Assembly: GCF_963921235.1 (NCBI RefSeq)
Contig: NC_086108.1
Location: 115,074,001 to 115,138,000 of the forward strand
DNA from: Mobula hypostoma
Taxonomy: Eukaryota
Direction of reading: 5' to 3'
DNA length: 64,000 nt
In this document: in pieces, positions 24,324 through 37,375 of the stretch
Position numbering within the stretch: position 1 is the stretch's first letter
Layout of the letters: each line of letters opens with the position of its first letter
The notes under the pieces: generated by a model
Databases searched by the model: none
Seen by the model: only the letters and a program-made list of their open reading frames with translations
What the model was told of the DNA's origin: nothing
Position numbers and translations under genes: made by a program

Positions 24324-25250
24324 AGCTGGGAGGTGATGGGTGGATCCAGGTGAGGGGGGGGGATTGAGTGACAGAGGCTGGGAGGTGATGGGTGGATTCA
24401 GGTGAGGGGGGGGTTGAGTGACAGAGGCTGGGAGGTGATGGGTGGATTCAGGTGAGGGGGGAGTTGAGTGACAGAGGCTGGGAGGTAATGGGTGGATTCA
24501 GGTGAGTGGGTTGAGTGACAGAGGCTGGGAGGTGATGGGTGGATTCAGGTGAGTGGGTTGAGTGACAGAGGCTGGGAGGTGATGGGTGGATTCAGGTGAG
24601 TGGGTTGAGTGACAGAGGCTGGGAGGTGATGGGTGGATTCAGGTGAGTGGGTTGAGTGACAGGCTGGGAGGTGATGGGTGGATTCAGGTGAGTGGGTTGA
24701 GTGACAGGCTGGGAGGTGATGGGTGGATTCAGGTGAGTGGGTTGAGTGACAGAGACTGGGAGGTGATGGGTGGATTCAGGTGAGGAGGGGGTTGAGTGAC
24801 AAGAGGCTGGGAGGTGATGGGTGGATTCAGGTGAGTGGGTTGAGTGACAGAGGCTGGGAGGTGATGGGTGGATTCAGGTGAGTGGGTTGAGTGACAGGCT
24901 GGGAGGTGATGGGTGGATTCAGGTGAGTGGGTTGAGTGACAGAGACTGGGAGGTGATGGGTGGATTCAGGTGAGTGGGTTGAGTGACAGAGGCTGGGAGG
25001 TGATGGGTGGATTCAGGTGAGTGGGTTGAGTGACAGGCTGGGAGGTGATGGGTGGATTCAGGTGAGTGGGTTGAGTGACAGAGACTGGGAGGTGATGGGT
25101 GGATTCAGGTGAGGAGGGGGTTGAGTGACAAGAGGCTGGGAGGTGATGGGTGGATTCAGGTAAGTGGGAACGGTAACAGAGACTGGGAGGTGATGGGTGG
25201 ATCCAGGTGAGTGGGAATGGTGACAGAGGTTGGGAGGTGATGGGTGGAAG
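24324..25250. repeat. 45-51-bp purine-rich minisatellite (about 19 copies) arising in a Penelope-like terminal sequence
   Basis: Unit GAGTGACAGAGGCTGGGAGGTGATGGGTGGATTCAGGTGAGTGGGTT. Preceded at 24241-24270 by the PLE signature TTTGGGCTGAGACCCTTCATCTGGACTG. Confidence 0.9.
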
Positions 25251-25669
25251 TGATGGTGGAATCTAACTGGAGAGGAAGGTGAGGCACAGAGTAAAGGCGG
25301 AGGGGTAGGAAGTGTAGAGGCATGTGGGAACTGTGGGGGGAGTGTGTAGGTGATGGGTCGATGGAGTAGGTTGGGGAGGGGAAAGAAACAGGGTACTGGG
25401 GGCTGGGAAGGATGTAGGAGGAACCGGGGAAATCAGGAGAGGAGAGCTGGGTTTGAGAGGGAGGTGTAAACTACACTGGGATGGGTGGAGGATGTGGAAA
25501 TACAAACTGCTGTTTGCATTCAGCCTCACCCTGTCAATGGAGGATGACGAGTACAGATGGGGTCAGTCTGATGAGGAGCCGAATTAAAATCTCGTATAAC
25601 CCGGAGGTCCAGAAGGCCACAGCAGACAGAGTGTAGGTGCTGGAGGTGCATTTCCACCTGGTCACTGAG

Positions 25670-28600
25670 GAGACATCTCGGATTGTGTCCATAACATTGT
25701 GGCAGGGACGGGGAGGGAGAGTAGCCAGATGTCTTGGTACATATTGGTACCAATGACATAGGAAGGAAAAGCAAAGAGGTCCTGAAGAGAGAATTCAGAG
25801 AGCTAGGCAGAAAGACCTCCAGGGTAGTAATTTCTGGATTGCTGCCTGTGCCACACGCTGGTGAGGGTAGTAACAGGATGATTTGGCAGATATTTGCGTG
25901 GCTGAGAAGCCAGTATGAGGGCAGGGCTTCAGGTTCTTGGATCATTGGGATCTCTTCTGGGGGAGGTATGACCTATTCAAAAGTGATGGGTTGCACCTGA
26001 ACCCAAGGTGGACCAATATTCTCATCGGCAGGTTTGTTAGAGCTGTTAGGGAGGGTTAAAGTAATTTGGCAGGGAGGTGGGAACTGGAGTGAAGGGACTC
26101 AGGACGGGACAGGTGGTATAAAAGCAAAGATAACGTGCAGTCAGACTGTCAGGAAGGGCAGGCAGGTGAAAGGACAAAATTACAGCCAGCAGAGTGAGTA
26201 TCAGTGCATTATGGATGCAGAATCAAAAAGGGTAGCAATTGGAGTATTCAAAGCGTTATATTTCAATGTACAGAGTATAAGAAATAAGGTGGATGATCTA
26301 GTTGCACTATTACAGATCGTCAGGTATGATGTTGAGGCCAACACTGAATCGTGGCTGAAGGATGGTTGTAGTTGGGAGCTGAATGTCCAAGATTACACGT
26401 TATATCAGAGGGATAGGAAGGTAGGCAGAGGGGGTGGTGTGGCTCTACTGGTAAAGAATGGCATCAAATCAGTAAAAAGATAAGACATAGGATCAGAAGA
26501 TGTTGAATCCTTGTGGGTTGAGTTAAGAAAATGCAAGGGTAAAAGGATGTTCCTGGCAGTTATATACAAGCCTCCCAACAGTGGCTGAGAGGTGGACCAC
26601 AGATTACAACAGGAAAGAGAAAAGGCGGGTCAAAAGGGCAATGTTATGGTAGTCATGGGAGATTTTGACATGCGAATCCATTGGGAAAATCAAGTTGACA
26701 ATGGATCACAAGAGAGTGAGTTTGTTGAATGCCTATGAGGTGGCTTTCGGTGAGGCAACTATGGGATCAGTGACACTGGATGATGTAATGTAATCAACTG
26801 GAGGCGATTAAGGAGCTAAAGGCAAAGGAAAATCAGGAGACAGTGATCGCAATATGATTGAGTTCAACCTGAAACTTGATAGGGAGAAAGTAAGGTCTGA
26901 TGTAGCAGTATTTCAGTGGAGTAAGGGAAATTACAGTGGTATGAGAGAGGAATTGGCCAGAGTGAAATGGGAGGAGATGCTGGCAGGGATGTCAACAGAG
27001 CAGCAATGACTTGAGTTTCTGTGAAAAATGAGAAAGGTACAGGATAGATGTATTCCAAAAACAAAGAAATACTCAAATGGCAAAATAATACAATTGTGGC
27101 TGACAAGGGAAGTCAAAGCTAATGTAAAAGCAAAAGAGAGGGCATACAACAAAGCAAAAATTAACAGGAGGATAGAAGATTGGGAAGCTTTTAAAAACCT
27201 ACAGAAAGCAACTGTAAGAATCATTAGGAGGGAAAAGACGAACTATGAAAGCAAGTTAGCAAATAATATGGAAGTGGATAGAAAAAGCTTTTTCAAGTAC
27301 ATAAAAATAAAAGAGATGAGAGTGGATATAGGACGACGAAAAAATGAGTCTGGAGAAATAATAACAGGGGACAAGGATGAACTAAATAACTATTTTGCAT
27401 CAGTCTTCAATGTGGAAGACACTGGCAGTGTGCCAGGTGTTGAAGGTACAGTATGCCAGCTACTGTATTGTGTGAAGGAAGAGAAGAGGGTGCAGTTACT
27501 GTTACAAGAGAGAAGATGCTCAAAAAGCTGATAGACCTAAAGGTACATAAGACACTCGGACTAGGTGAACTGCACTCTAGGGTTCTGAAGGATGTAGCGG
27601 TAGAGATGGTGGAGGCATTAGTAATGATCTTTCAAAAATCATTGGACTCTGGCATGGTTCCAGAGTACTAGAAAATCACAAATGCCACTCCACCTTTTAA
27701 GAAAGGAGAAGGCAGGAAAAAGGAAATTAGAGACCAGTTAGCCTGACCTCAGTGGTTGGGAAGATGTTGGAGACAATTGTTCAGGATGAGGTTATGGAGT
27801 ACTTGCTGGCACAGGACAAGACAGGACAAAGCCAGCATGGTTGCCTGATGAACCTGATGGAATTCTTTCAGATTACAAGTAGGACAGATAAAGGAAATGC
27901 AGTGGATGTTGTCTATTTGAATTTTCAGAATGCCTTTGACAAGGTGCCACACATGAGGCTGCTTATCAGATTAAGAGCCCGTGATAATACAGGAAAGTTA
28001 CTAGCTGAGTGGTAGGAGGCAGTGAGTGGGAATAAAAGGATCCTGCCAGTGACTAGTGGTGTTCTGCAGGGGTCAGTGTTGGGACCACTTCTTTTTATGA
28101 TGCGTATCAATGATTTAGATGATGGAATAGATGGCTTTGTTGCAGATGACACAAAGATTGGTGGAGGGACATGTAGTGTTGAGGAAACAGGAAGGCTGCA
28201 GAAGGACTTAGACAGATTAGGAGGATGGGCAAGAGACTGGCAAATGAAATGCAATGTTGTAAAATGCACGGTCATACACTTTTGTAATAGAAATAAATGT
28301 GCAGACTATTTTCTAAACAGGGAGAAAATCCAGAAATCTGAAAAGCAAAGGGACTTGAGAGTCCTTGTGTAGAACCCCCTAAAGGTTAACTTGTAGGTTG
28401 AATCAGTGGTGAGGAAGGCAAATGCAATGTTAGCATTCATTTCAAGAGGTCTAGAATGTAAGAGCAGGGATGTGATGCTGAGGCTTTATAAGTCACTGGT
28501 GAGGCCTCACCTCGAATGTTGTTAACAATTTTGTGCTCCTTATTTAAGAAAAGATGTGCAGGCACTGGAGAAGGCTCAGAGGAGGTTCACAAGGATGGTT

Positions 28601-29060
28601 CTAGGAATTAAAGGGTTATTATATGAGGAAAGTTTGATGGCTCTGGTCTTGTACTCGCTGGAATTTAGAAAGGAGAAGGGGGGATCTCACTGAAACCTTT
28701 CGAATGTTGAAAGGCCTAAACAGAGTAGATGTGGAAAGGATGTTTCCCATAGTGGGGAAGTCTAAGAGAAGAGGGCACAGCCTCAAGATAGAGGTACGTC
28801 CATTTAAAACAGAGATATGGAGACATTTCTGTAGCTAGATGGTGGTGAATTAGTGGAGCTTGTTTACTGCAGGAAGTTGTGGAGGCTAGGTCATTGGGCG
28901 TATTTAAGGTACAGGTTCTTGATTGATCATGGCATCAAAGGTTATTGGGAGAACGTCAGGGAGTGAGGCTGAGGAGGGGAAAAAAAAATCAGATATTATT
29001 GAATGAAGAAGGCTCAGTGGGCCAAATGGCTTAATTCTGCTCCTATGTCTTATGATGGAT
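25670..29060 (+). mobile_element. Long decayed CR1 LINE (ORF1 esterase end, plus ORF2 endonuclease and RT)
   Basis: VHIGTNDIGRK...RVVISGLLPVP (SGNH-type ORF1), KALYFNVQSIRNKVDDL...GRGGGVALLVK (APE), FQNAFDKVPH and GSVLGPLLF...ADDTKIG. Many stops and frameshifts. Confidence 0.9.
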
Positions 29061-29300
29061 TGTCAGTAATGCACTCAGTGGACAAGGGTCTGATCCTGTG
29101 CTTTACTGTTCAATGTATTGGATCATCAGCATTAACTCGATGGGCCAAAGGGCCTGTTCCTGAGCTGCATGACTAAGAGAGTTTGAACTAAGTCAGTTAA
29201 CATGGACATACAAAGAAATGACCCCTTATCCACTGACAGCAACTCACTCTTGCCATCGCAAAGACTGTGACAGTAACAGAGAGAATGGGTGGCCACTCAC

Positions 29301-29359
29301 ATGTTCCTCTCAGTCTGGGACGTAAAGTCGACATATCGGCCAAAGATGAACTTCAAGTC
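29301..29359 (-). CDS. RNPC3: RNPC3 exon
   Basis: 59 bp: DLKFIFGRYVDFTSQTERN(M). Acceptor TTTTATTACAG, donor GTGAGT. Confidence 0.95.
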
Positions 29360-29597
29360 CTGTAATAAAATGAGAAGTTAAGTCACTGGGTATATTTAAA
29401 GCAAAGGTTCTTGATTAGTCAGGGCATCAAAGGTTAAAGGGAGAAAGCAGGAAAAAGGGGTTGAGAGGGTTAAAAAACAAATCAGCCATAATGGAATGGC
29501 TGAGCAGACTCAATGGGTCAATGGCCTAATTCTCCTCCCAAGTCTTGTGTTCTTTGGTAAATTGCCACACCTGTGACCAGACAATGTGGTCAATGTG

Positions 29598-31189
29598 GTG
29601 TAGGTGGTCAGTGGGTCAGCGGGGTGTGGGCAGTGATGGGTGGCCAGTGGGCTAGCGGGTTGTGAGCAGTGGGGTGGGTGGTCAGTGGGGTGTGGGCAGT
29701 GGTGTGGGTGGTCAGTGGGCTGTGGGCGGTGGGGTGGGTGGTCAGTGGGCCAGTGGGGTGTGGGCAATGGTGTGGGTGGTCAGTGGGGTGTGAGCAGTGG
29801 TGTGGGTGGTCAGTGGGCCAGTGGGGTGTGGGCAATGGTGTGGGTGGTCAGTGGGGTGTGAGCAGTGGGGTGGGTGGTCAGTGGGGTGTAGGCAGTGATG
29901 TGGGTGGTCAGTGGGGTGTGGGCAGTGGTGTGGGTGGTCAGTGGGCCAGTGGGGTGTGGGCAGTGGTGTGGGTGGTCAGTGGGCTGTGGGCAGTGGTGTG
30001 GGTGGGCAGTGGGGTGGGTGGTCAGTGGGGTGTAGGCAGCGGTGTGGGTGGTCAGTGGGCCAGCAGGGTGTGGGCAGTGGGGTGGGTGGTCAGTGGGGTG
30101 TGGGCAGTGGTGTGGATGGTCATTGGGGTGTGGGCAGTGGTGTGGATGGTCATTGGGGTGTGGGCAGTGGTGTGGGTGGTCAGTGGGGTGTGGGCAGTGG
30201 TGTGGGTGGTCAGTGGGCTGTGGGCGGTGGGGTGGGTGGTCAGTGGGCCAGTGGGGTGTGGGCAATGGTGTGGGTGGTCAGTGGGGTGTGAGCAGTGGGG
30301 TGGGTGGTCAGTGGGGTGTAGGCAGTGATGTGGGTGGTCAGTGGGGTGTGGGCAGTGGTGTGGGTGGTCAGTGGGCCAGTGGGGTGTGGGCAGTGGTCTG
30401 GGTGGTCAGTGGGCTGTGGGCAGTGGTGTGGGTGGGCAGTGGGGTGGGTGGTCAGTGGGGTGTAGGCAGCGGTGTGGGTGGTCAGTGGGCCAGCAGGGTG
30501 TGGGCAGTGGGGTGGGTGGTCATTGGGGTGTGGGCAGTGGTGTGGATGGTCATTGGGGTGTGGGCAGTGGTGTGGGTGGTCAGTGGGGTGTGGGCAGTGG
30601 TGTGGGTGGTCAGTGGGATGTGGGCAGTGGGCCAGCAGGGTGTGGGCAATAGGGTGGGTGGTCAGTGGGCTGTGGGCAGTGGTGTGGGTGGTCAGTGGGC
30701 TGTGGGCGGTGGGGTGGGTGGTCAGTGGGGTGTAGGCAGCGGTGTGGGTGGTCAGTGGGCCAGCAGGGTGTGGGCAGTGGGGTGGGTGGTCAGTGGGGTG
30801 TGGGCAGTGGGGTGGGTGGTCAGCGGGGTGTGGGCAGTGGTGTGGGTGGTCAGTGGGCCAGTGGGCTGTGGGGTGGGTGGTCAGTGAGCTGTGGGCAGCG
30901 GTGTGGGTGGTCAGTGGGCCAGCGGGGTGTGGGCAGTGGTGTGGGTGGTCAGTGGGCCAGTGGGCTGTGGGGTGGGTGGTCAGTGGGCTGTGGGCAGTGG
31001 TGTGGGTGGTCAGTGGGCTGTGGGCAGTGGTGTGGGTGGTCAGTGGGCCAGCGGGGTGTGGGCAGTGGGGTGGGTGGTCAGCGGGGTGTGGGCAGTGGTG
31101 TGGGTGGTCAGTGGGCCAGTGGGCTGTGGGCAGTGGGGTGGGTGGTCAGTGGGTCAGCGGGGTGTGGGCAGTGGGGTGGGTGGTCAGCA
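29598..31189. repeat. G/T-rich minisatellite, about 30-bp unit with variants and a 430-bp higher-order duplication
   Basis: Unit GTGGGGTGTGGGCAGTGGTGTGGGTGGTCA. The block starting at 29811 recurs at 30241. Confidence 0.95.
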
Positions 31190-31195
31190 GGTTAC

Positions 31196-31290
31196 CTTCT
31201 CTTCCACCTGCTTGGCCAGATTCTTAACATAGAGCCGGCATGTTGGCTCACCGGGATTATAATTCTTGAAGATTGCCGTGTTCTCCATCT
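31196..31290 (-). CDS. RNPC3: RNPC3 exon (start of C-terminal RRM, RNP2)
   Basis: 95 bp: (E)MENTAIFKNYNPGEPTCRLYVKNLAKQVEEK. Acceptor TCTTTTACAG, donor GTAACC. Confidence 0.96.
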
Positions 31291-31929
31291 CTGTAAAAGA
31301 GGTCAGTTTTATTTCTCACATGTACATTGAAAGGGCACAGCTTCAGAATAGACACACATCCATTTCAAACAGAGGCGGTATTTCTTTAGCCAGAGGGTGG
31401 TGAATCTGTGGAATTCATTGCCACAGACGGCTGTGGAGACCAAGTCATTTGGAATTTTTAAAGTGGAAGTTGATAAGTTCTTGAGTAGTCAGGGCATCAA
31501 AGGCTACCCTCTGGTGCTCTTCCCTCTCCAATGGGGTTGAGGGAAATAATAAATCAGCCATGATGGAATGGCAGAGCAGTCTCGATGGGCCTAATGGTCT
31601 CATTACATTCCGATGTCTTATATGCACAGCTTACTTGCCGGTACACCTTTGGAAGATGGGAAGAAACCACAGAATCTGGAAGAAACTCAGGTGGTTACAG
31701 GGGGAATGGACAAATTACCTACAGACAGTAGCAGGAACCAAATCCCAATCGGTGCACTGTTAAGCGTGACGCTAACTGCTTTGCTACCGCGCAATAGGCC
31801 ACTCAAGCTCCAGCCTGCTCCCCTTTCATATCACCTGTGACTGCTCCACCAGTATTACCCAACCCAAAGTCTGCATCGCTCAGTACGTGTGAGTTTGCAT
31901 GACAAGTGAGTGTGTGCGGAGTGAGGGCG

Positions 31930-32320
31930 GTTTGGCATGAACATTGATTTCTCAAACTTCCTGTAATGCCCCCACCCCACCTCCTTCACCATTTCCCATC
32001 CCCTTTTCCCTCTCTCACCTGATCTCCTTGCCCGCCCATTGCTTCCCTCTCGTGCTTCTTTCTTCCATGGCCTTCTGCCTCTTTCATCGATCAACTTTCC
32101 AGCTCTTTGCTTCATCCCTCCCCCTCCAGGTTTCACCTATCACCTAGTGTCACCCTCTCCCCTTCCCCCACCTTTTAAATTTACTCCTCAGCTTTTATCC
32201 CTCAGGGTCTCAGCCCGAAATGTCGACTGTACTCTTTTCCATAGATGCTGCCTGGCCTGCTGAGTTCCTCCAGCATTTTGTGCATGGCTCAGACTTTCAG
32301 CATCTGCAGACTTTCTCGTT
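31930..32320 (+). mobile_element. Penelope-like element 3' end
   Basis: GMNIDFSNF ORF end, a pyrimidine-rich UTR, then AGGGTCTCAGCCCGAAATGTCGACTG...GCTGAGTTCCTCCAGCATTTTGTG. Shorter copies at about 1403-1495, 10085-10200 and 32690-32775. Confidence 0.75.
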
Positions 32321-33394
32321 TTGCAGTTTGTACATTCTGCCCATGAGCGCATGTGTTCCACTAGTGCTCCAGCAAAAGTAAACTGTCCCCAGTGTGCAGG
32401 TGAGGGGGGGAATGTGGGGAGAATGAAATGGGATCAGTACAGGACTGGTGTCAATGGGTGGGTGATGGTCAGCACAGATTCAATGGGCCAAAGAGCCTGT
32501 TGGCATGCTACAAGGATCAGTAAGATAATTCCCTTTCAGGACAGGAGTGAGTATATAGCCACACGGAAGAGCACAAGGCATCGCTTGTCAAACTTCTCTG
32601 GAGTAAGCTTTTATGAAATGGCAGAGGAACTCAGCAGGTCAATCAGCAGCTACAGAGAGGAATAAATGCTACAATTCTTTATTGTCCTGCATAGCTGTTG
32701 CCTGACCTGCTGAGTTCCTCCAGCATTTTGTGTGTGTTGCTCAAGACTTCCAGCTTCCGAAGAACTTGGTGTTTATTAAAATGCCTCTACACTTGTGTAA
32801 TGGAAATGACATTAAACCATCTCAAATCTTAACAAGGTATAATGAGCCATGTTGGTGTGTCCTTTCTTTTTGAAGTAAAGGAAGATGAGAGGTGATTTGA
32901 TAGAGGTGTACAAGATAATAAGAAGCATAGATAGAGTGGGCAGTCAGAGATTTTCCCAAGGTGGAATGGCTAATACAAAGGGGCATAACATTATGGTGAC
33001 TGGAGGCAAGCACAGGGGGAATGTCAGAGCTAGTTATTTTTTTAAATCACAGAGAGTGATTGGTGTGTGAAACACAGTTCCAGGAGTGGTGATAGAGGCA
33101 GATACATTAGAGACACTTTACAGACTCTTAGATAGGCACAAAGATGAAAAGAAATGGAGGGCTATGTGGGTAGTTTAATCTTGAAGTACGTTAAAGGGTT
33201 GGCACAATATTGTGGGCCAAATGTCCTGTATTGTACTGTTCTATGCTTTATGTCCTAATCCAGTCACTGGACATGGCACCACTCACAATACACCAATCCC
33301 TTCCCACGGCCTGTCCCCATCCTTCCCCTGTCGCAGGCCTCCCCCCCGCGCCCCCCCCCATTCCCATGGCCACAGAATGAACCTCTACACCTAC

Positions 33395-33556
33395 CATCCC
33401 TGGTGATCCTGCCCTTGGACAGCTGCTTCCTGGAGATGAACTCTGATGGAATCTCTTCCTCCTCCTCCTCCTCTTCGCTCTTGTTCTTCACAGAGACTGG
33501 AGCCGGTTGGATCTTCCCAAATCCCGAACTTTGAGGCTTGGAATTCTCCTGAGGCT
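33395..33556 (-). CDS. RNPC3: RNPC3 exon
   Basis: 162 bp, phase 1-1: (E)PQENSKPQSSGFGKIQPAP...EEEEEEEEIPSEFISRKQLSKGRITRD. Confidence 0.93.
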
Positions 33557-34509
33557 CTGCAAAGGCCACAAGCATGAACACCTGGTTAACAGCTCAGTAA
33601 ATTGGGGAAATTTATTGTTACACACACCAGGGTGAAATGCAATTCCTTGCTCAACTGAAGCTCACAGAGTAAACAATGTACACTATAATTCAATTTTCCC
33701 CCATATTCGGTTCACCGAAATGAGTATTATTATAATCAGAGATTTTCATTAATTTAGCTGAGAATTTTTATTTGTGAATCACATGCTCTTTTTCCACAGT
33801 GGAGCAGAAAAACAAAGGCAATTGTAAAGCATGAACATCTAAAAATTCAACCCAGAATTGTCATTCCTGTAGTGGGCCCAACCACGAACTGCTCTAAAAA
33901 GCCACCTTGTAGACATTATATAAATTCTCTTGCTCGCGATCCAAACCAACTGGATTTTCCCAATCTACCTTCATAAAGAAATCTACTATGACTGCCTTTT
34001 GACACGCATTTTCTATCTCCCATTGTAATTTGTAGCCCATATCCTGGCAACTATTCAGAGGCCTGTACATAACTCCCATTTGGGTATTTTTAACCTGCAG
34101 TTTCTTAATTCTACCTACAATGATTCTACATCTTCCCATCCTATTCTTTCTAAGGATTTGAATTCATTTTTAAAAAAACCAACAGATCCACTCAGCCCCT
34201 CTGCCCACCTGCCTGTTCTTTTGACACAAGGTGTATCCCACCTGCCTGTTCTTTTGATACAAGGTGTATCCTTGGATGTTAAGCTCACAGTTATTTTCTT
34301 TCAGCTGTGACTCAAAGATGCCCACATCATACCTGCCAATCTCTAACTGAGCCACAAGTTCATCTACCTTTTTCCGTTAACTGCGTGCATTCAAATATAA
34401 CAGCTTCAGTCCTATATTCATCACCCTATACTATATCTTATTTGCCTATTCTCCCAAACTCCCACTGCAATTTGCCTATCGCCACAATAGGTCTACAGAA
34501 GCCGTGATC

Positions 34510-35634
34510 TCAGTGTTTCTCCACGCAGCCTTGGATGACCTGGACAATACAAAGACCCATGTCAGGATGCTGTTTACTGACTATAGCTCAGCATTTAATA
34601 CCATCATTCCTACAGTCCTGATTGAAAAGCTACAGAATCTAGGCCTCTGTATCTCCCTCTTCAATTGAATCTTTGACTTCCTAATCAGAAGACCACAATG
34701 TTTGCAGATTTGAAATAAAATTTCCACCTCACTGACAATTAACAATGGCGCTCGACAGGGATGTGTGCTTAGCCCACTGCTCTACTCTCTCTACACCATG
34801 ACTGTGTAGCTAGGCATAGCTCAAACAGCATCTATAAATTTGTGGATGATGTTGGCAGATGGCGACGAGAGGGCTTACAGGAGTGAGGCATACCAGTTAG
34901 TTGAGTGGTGTCGCAGCAACTAACTACCTTGCTCTTAACGTCAGCAAGACCAGAGTTGACTGTGGACTTCAGAAAGGGTAAGATGAGGGAACACAAACCA
35001 ATCCTCATAGAGGGATCAGAAGTGGAGAGAGTGAGCAATTTCACATTCCTGGGTGTCAATATCTCTGAGGACTAACCTGGACACAACACATTGATACAGG
35101 CAAGACAGTGGCTATATTTCCTTTGGAGATCGGGTTTGTCAATTAAAATACTCAAACTTCTACAAATATACTGTGGAGAGCATGATCACTGGCTGCATCT
35201 CTTTCTGGTATGGGGAGGGCTACCGCATAAGATTGAAATAAGTTGCAGAAACTTGTAAAATTAGTTAGCTCTAGCCTTCAGAGTATCCAAGACATCTTCA
35301 AGGAGTGGTGCCTTATGAAGATGGTGCCCATCATTAAGGATCCTCCACACCCAGGACATGCCCTCTCATCCAGAAGAAAGTACAGAAGCCCGAATGCACA
35401 CACTCAGCGATTCAGAAACAGCTTCTTCCCCTCTGCCATCCGATTTCTAAATGGATATTGAACCCATGAACACTACCCTCACTACTTTTTTATTTCTGTT
35501 ATTTTGCACTACTCTTTTAACTTAACCGTTTAATGGACATAATGTAACTCAGTTTTTTCTCTATATTTATTTATCATGTACTTCATTGCACTGCTGCTAT
35601 AAAGTTAACGAAATTTCATAACATACGCTGGTGA
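34510..35634 (+). mobile_element. Rex1-like LINE; its tail is interrupted by the L1 and resumes at 41490-41510
   Basis: [42 protein letters not shown] and RFRNSFFPSAIRFLN motifs. Tail TATTAAATCTGATTCTGA lies after the L1. Confidence 0.85.
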
Positions 35635-35788
35635 GGGACTTCCGGTAGCGCTCATGGAGTGAAGTCGCGTTCTTGACTCGCTCCATTACCTCTGAGTTTT
35701 TTTTCTTATGATCAGCTATATTTTAATTAACCATTAAGGCATCAACTTTTACAATACTTTGAAATAAATTGGGCTCTCCGATAACTGG

Positions 35789-36659
35789 ATGCGTTTAAGG
35801 TCTGCTATGTCTAAGAATGGAAAAAACGGGAAGGATGGCAAACCTCCGGTTAAACCGAAAGGTACTGATTTCCCTCCAACTGAACCACCGGCGACTTTGA
35901 AAGCTATATCGGAGCTAATTCAAAGGGAAATTTCAACCTCTGTTACGGAGCTGATTCGTGCGGAAATTTCAATTAATTTCCGGAAAATTGCCGATTCAAT
36001 CGATAAGATACAAACATCTATTACGGAACATCAGTCGGCTATATCTGATCTTCAAAAATCCACGCAACAAAGTGAGCTTAAGATGGGGAAAATCGAAGAA
36101 ACAATTAATGTAATGAAGAAGAAACTTGACTTTCTGACCTTTAAAAACTCTGACTCAGAATCCAGAATGCGACGGCAGAATCTTCGAATGACGAATGATC
36201 AGGGTGCATGAAGCTGTTGAATCTGATAACCCTATGAAGTATTTTTCTCAACTTTTAAAAGATGCATTTCCTACTGTATTTCCTGACCAACCACCGTTAT
36301 TGGATCGTGTTCACAGAGTTCCATCATACTCGCCTAGGTCAGATAAACCTAGACATGTCATTTTACGGTTTCATTACTTTCAAGACAAGGAGAAACTATT
36401 TCGATTCGTTCGATCTAAAGGTTTCATTGATTTTTTGGATCTTAAGTTCCGATTCGTGGAAGATTTCAGTAAACCAATCCGGGATCAACGGGTTCGTTAC
36501 AGATCTGTGATGTCGGAACTCTACAAGATGGATTTAAGACCAGCGCTTCTTTACCCTGCACGTTTAAGGATTCGTACGTTGGATGGAGCCCTCCGTTTTT
36601 TTGAATCTCCATCGGATGCCCAGAGTTATCTGGATCAATTTTCACCTTCAACATCTTAA
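35789..36659 (+). pseudogene. L1 ORF1 (coiled-coil/RRM/CTD type), one frameshift
   Basis: ESRMRRQNLR...LDRVHRV...PRHVILRFHYFQDKE...LLYPARLRI. The frame is broken by a 7-bp duplication CGAATGA-CGAATGA at about 36185-36198. Confidence 0.88.
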
Positions 36660-37375
36660 TTGTAATATTTTAACTATCTTCGTTGATCGGAGGCTGTGAA
36701 ATTGTTGGTCTTAATTTTTTTTTTGCCCTATTTGGGCAGAAAAGTTTATTTTTGATTACTTAATATGGTTGCTAAACTTTCTTTTTAACTGCGTCATTTC
36801 TTTCTTTTTCCCAGGGGATTCTGGGTGGTTACTTCCTTATTGTCATTTTACGTATTTCCTTTGTGGACTTAAATTTTGTAGTTTTTTTTTAATCTATTTT
36901 GTTTTGTAGGTTTTTATAACTAGTTTATGTTAATAATCTAATTTTTTTTTGTTGTTTTGTTTATTCATGGGTCTGGGGTTTATTGCGGTTTTTTTATATA
37001 TATTTTCTGGCTTTTATTCTGTTATGTGTTTATTTTAATTGAGTTATCTTTTTTTATTCTTTTACTGTTTTATAATCAGCTGATCTTTTTTATATTTACA
37101 CTTTTTTTTAGGGAGCGTATACCGGAAGTCATGGGGGTAGTTTTAGTGCTTGCTTCTTTCGGGCTGGTCTGCGTTAGATTTAGCCTTGGGGTCATGGGGT
37201 GGGGGGTGGTGGGAGGGGCTTCACGTTTTAGTTTCTTTCTTCTTGGGCTATATACATTATTGAAGTATTGGTTGCGTTCTTCTTCCCGGTATCTCTTGTA
37301 CGTTCTGTTCCCTTTCCGGGTTCGTGGGTCGAGCCTATCGTCAATCCTCCTTGTTGTGGGTTGACTTTAGGGTTT

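Noticed and set aside
29510..31330. Gly/Trp/Val-rich and His/Pro-rich ORFs
   Set aside because: Translations of a G/T minisatellite. Only 31196-31290 (minus strand) is a real exon.
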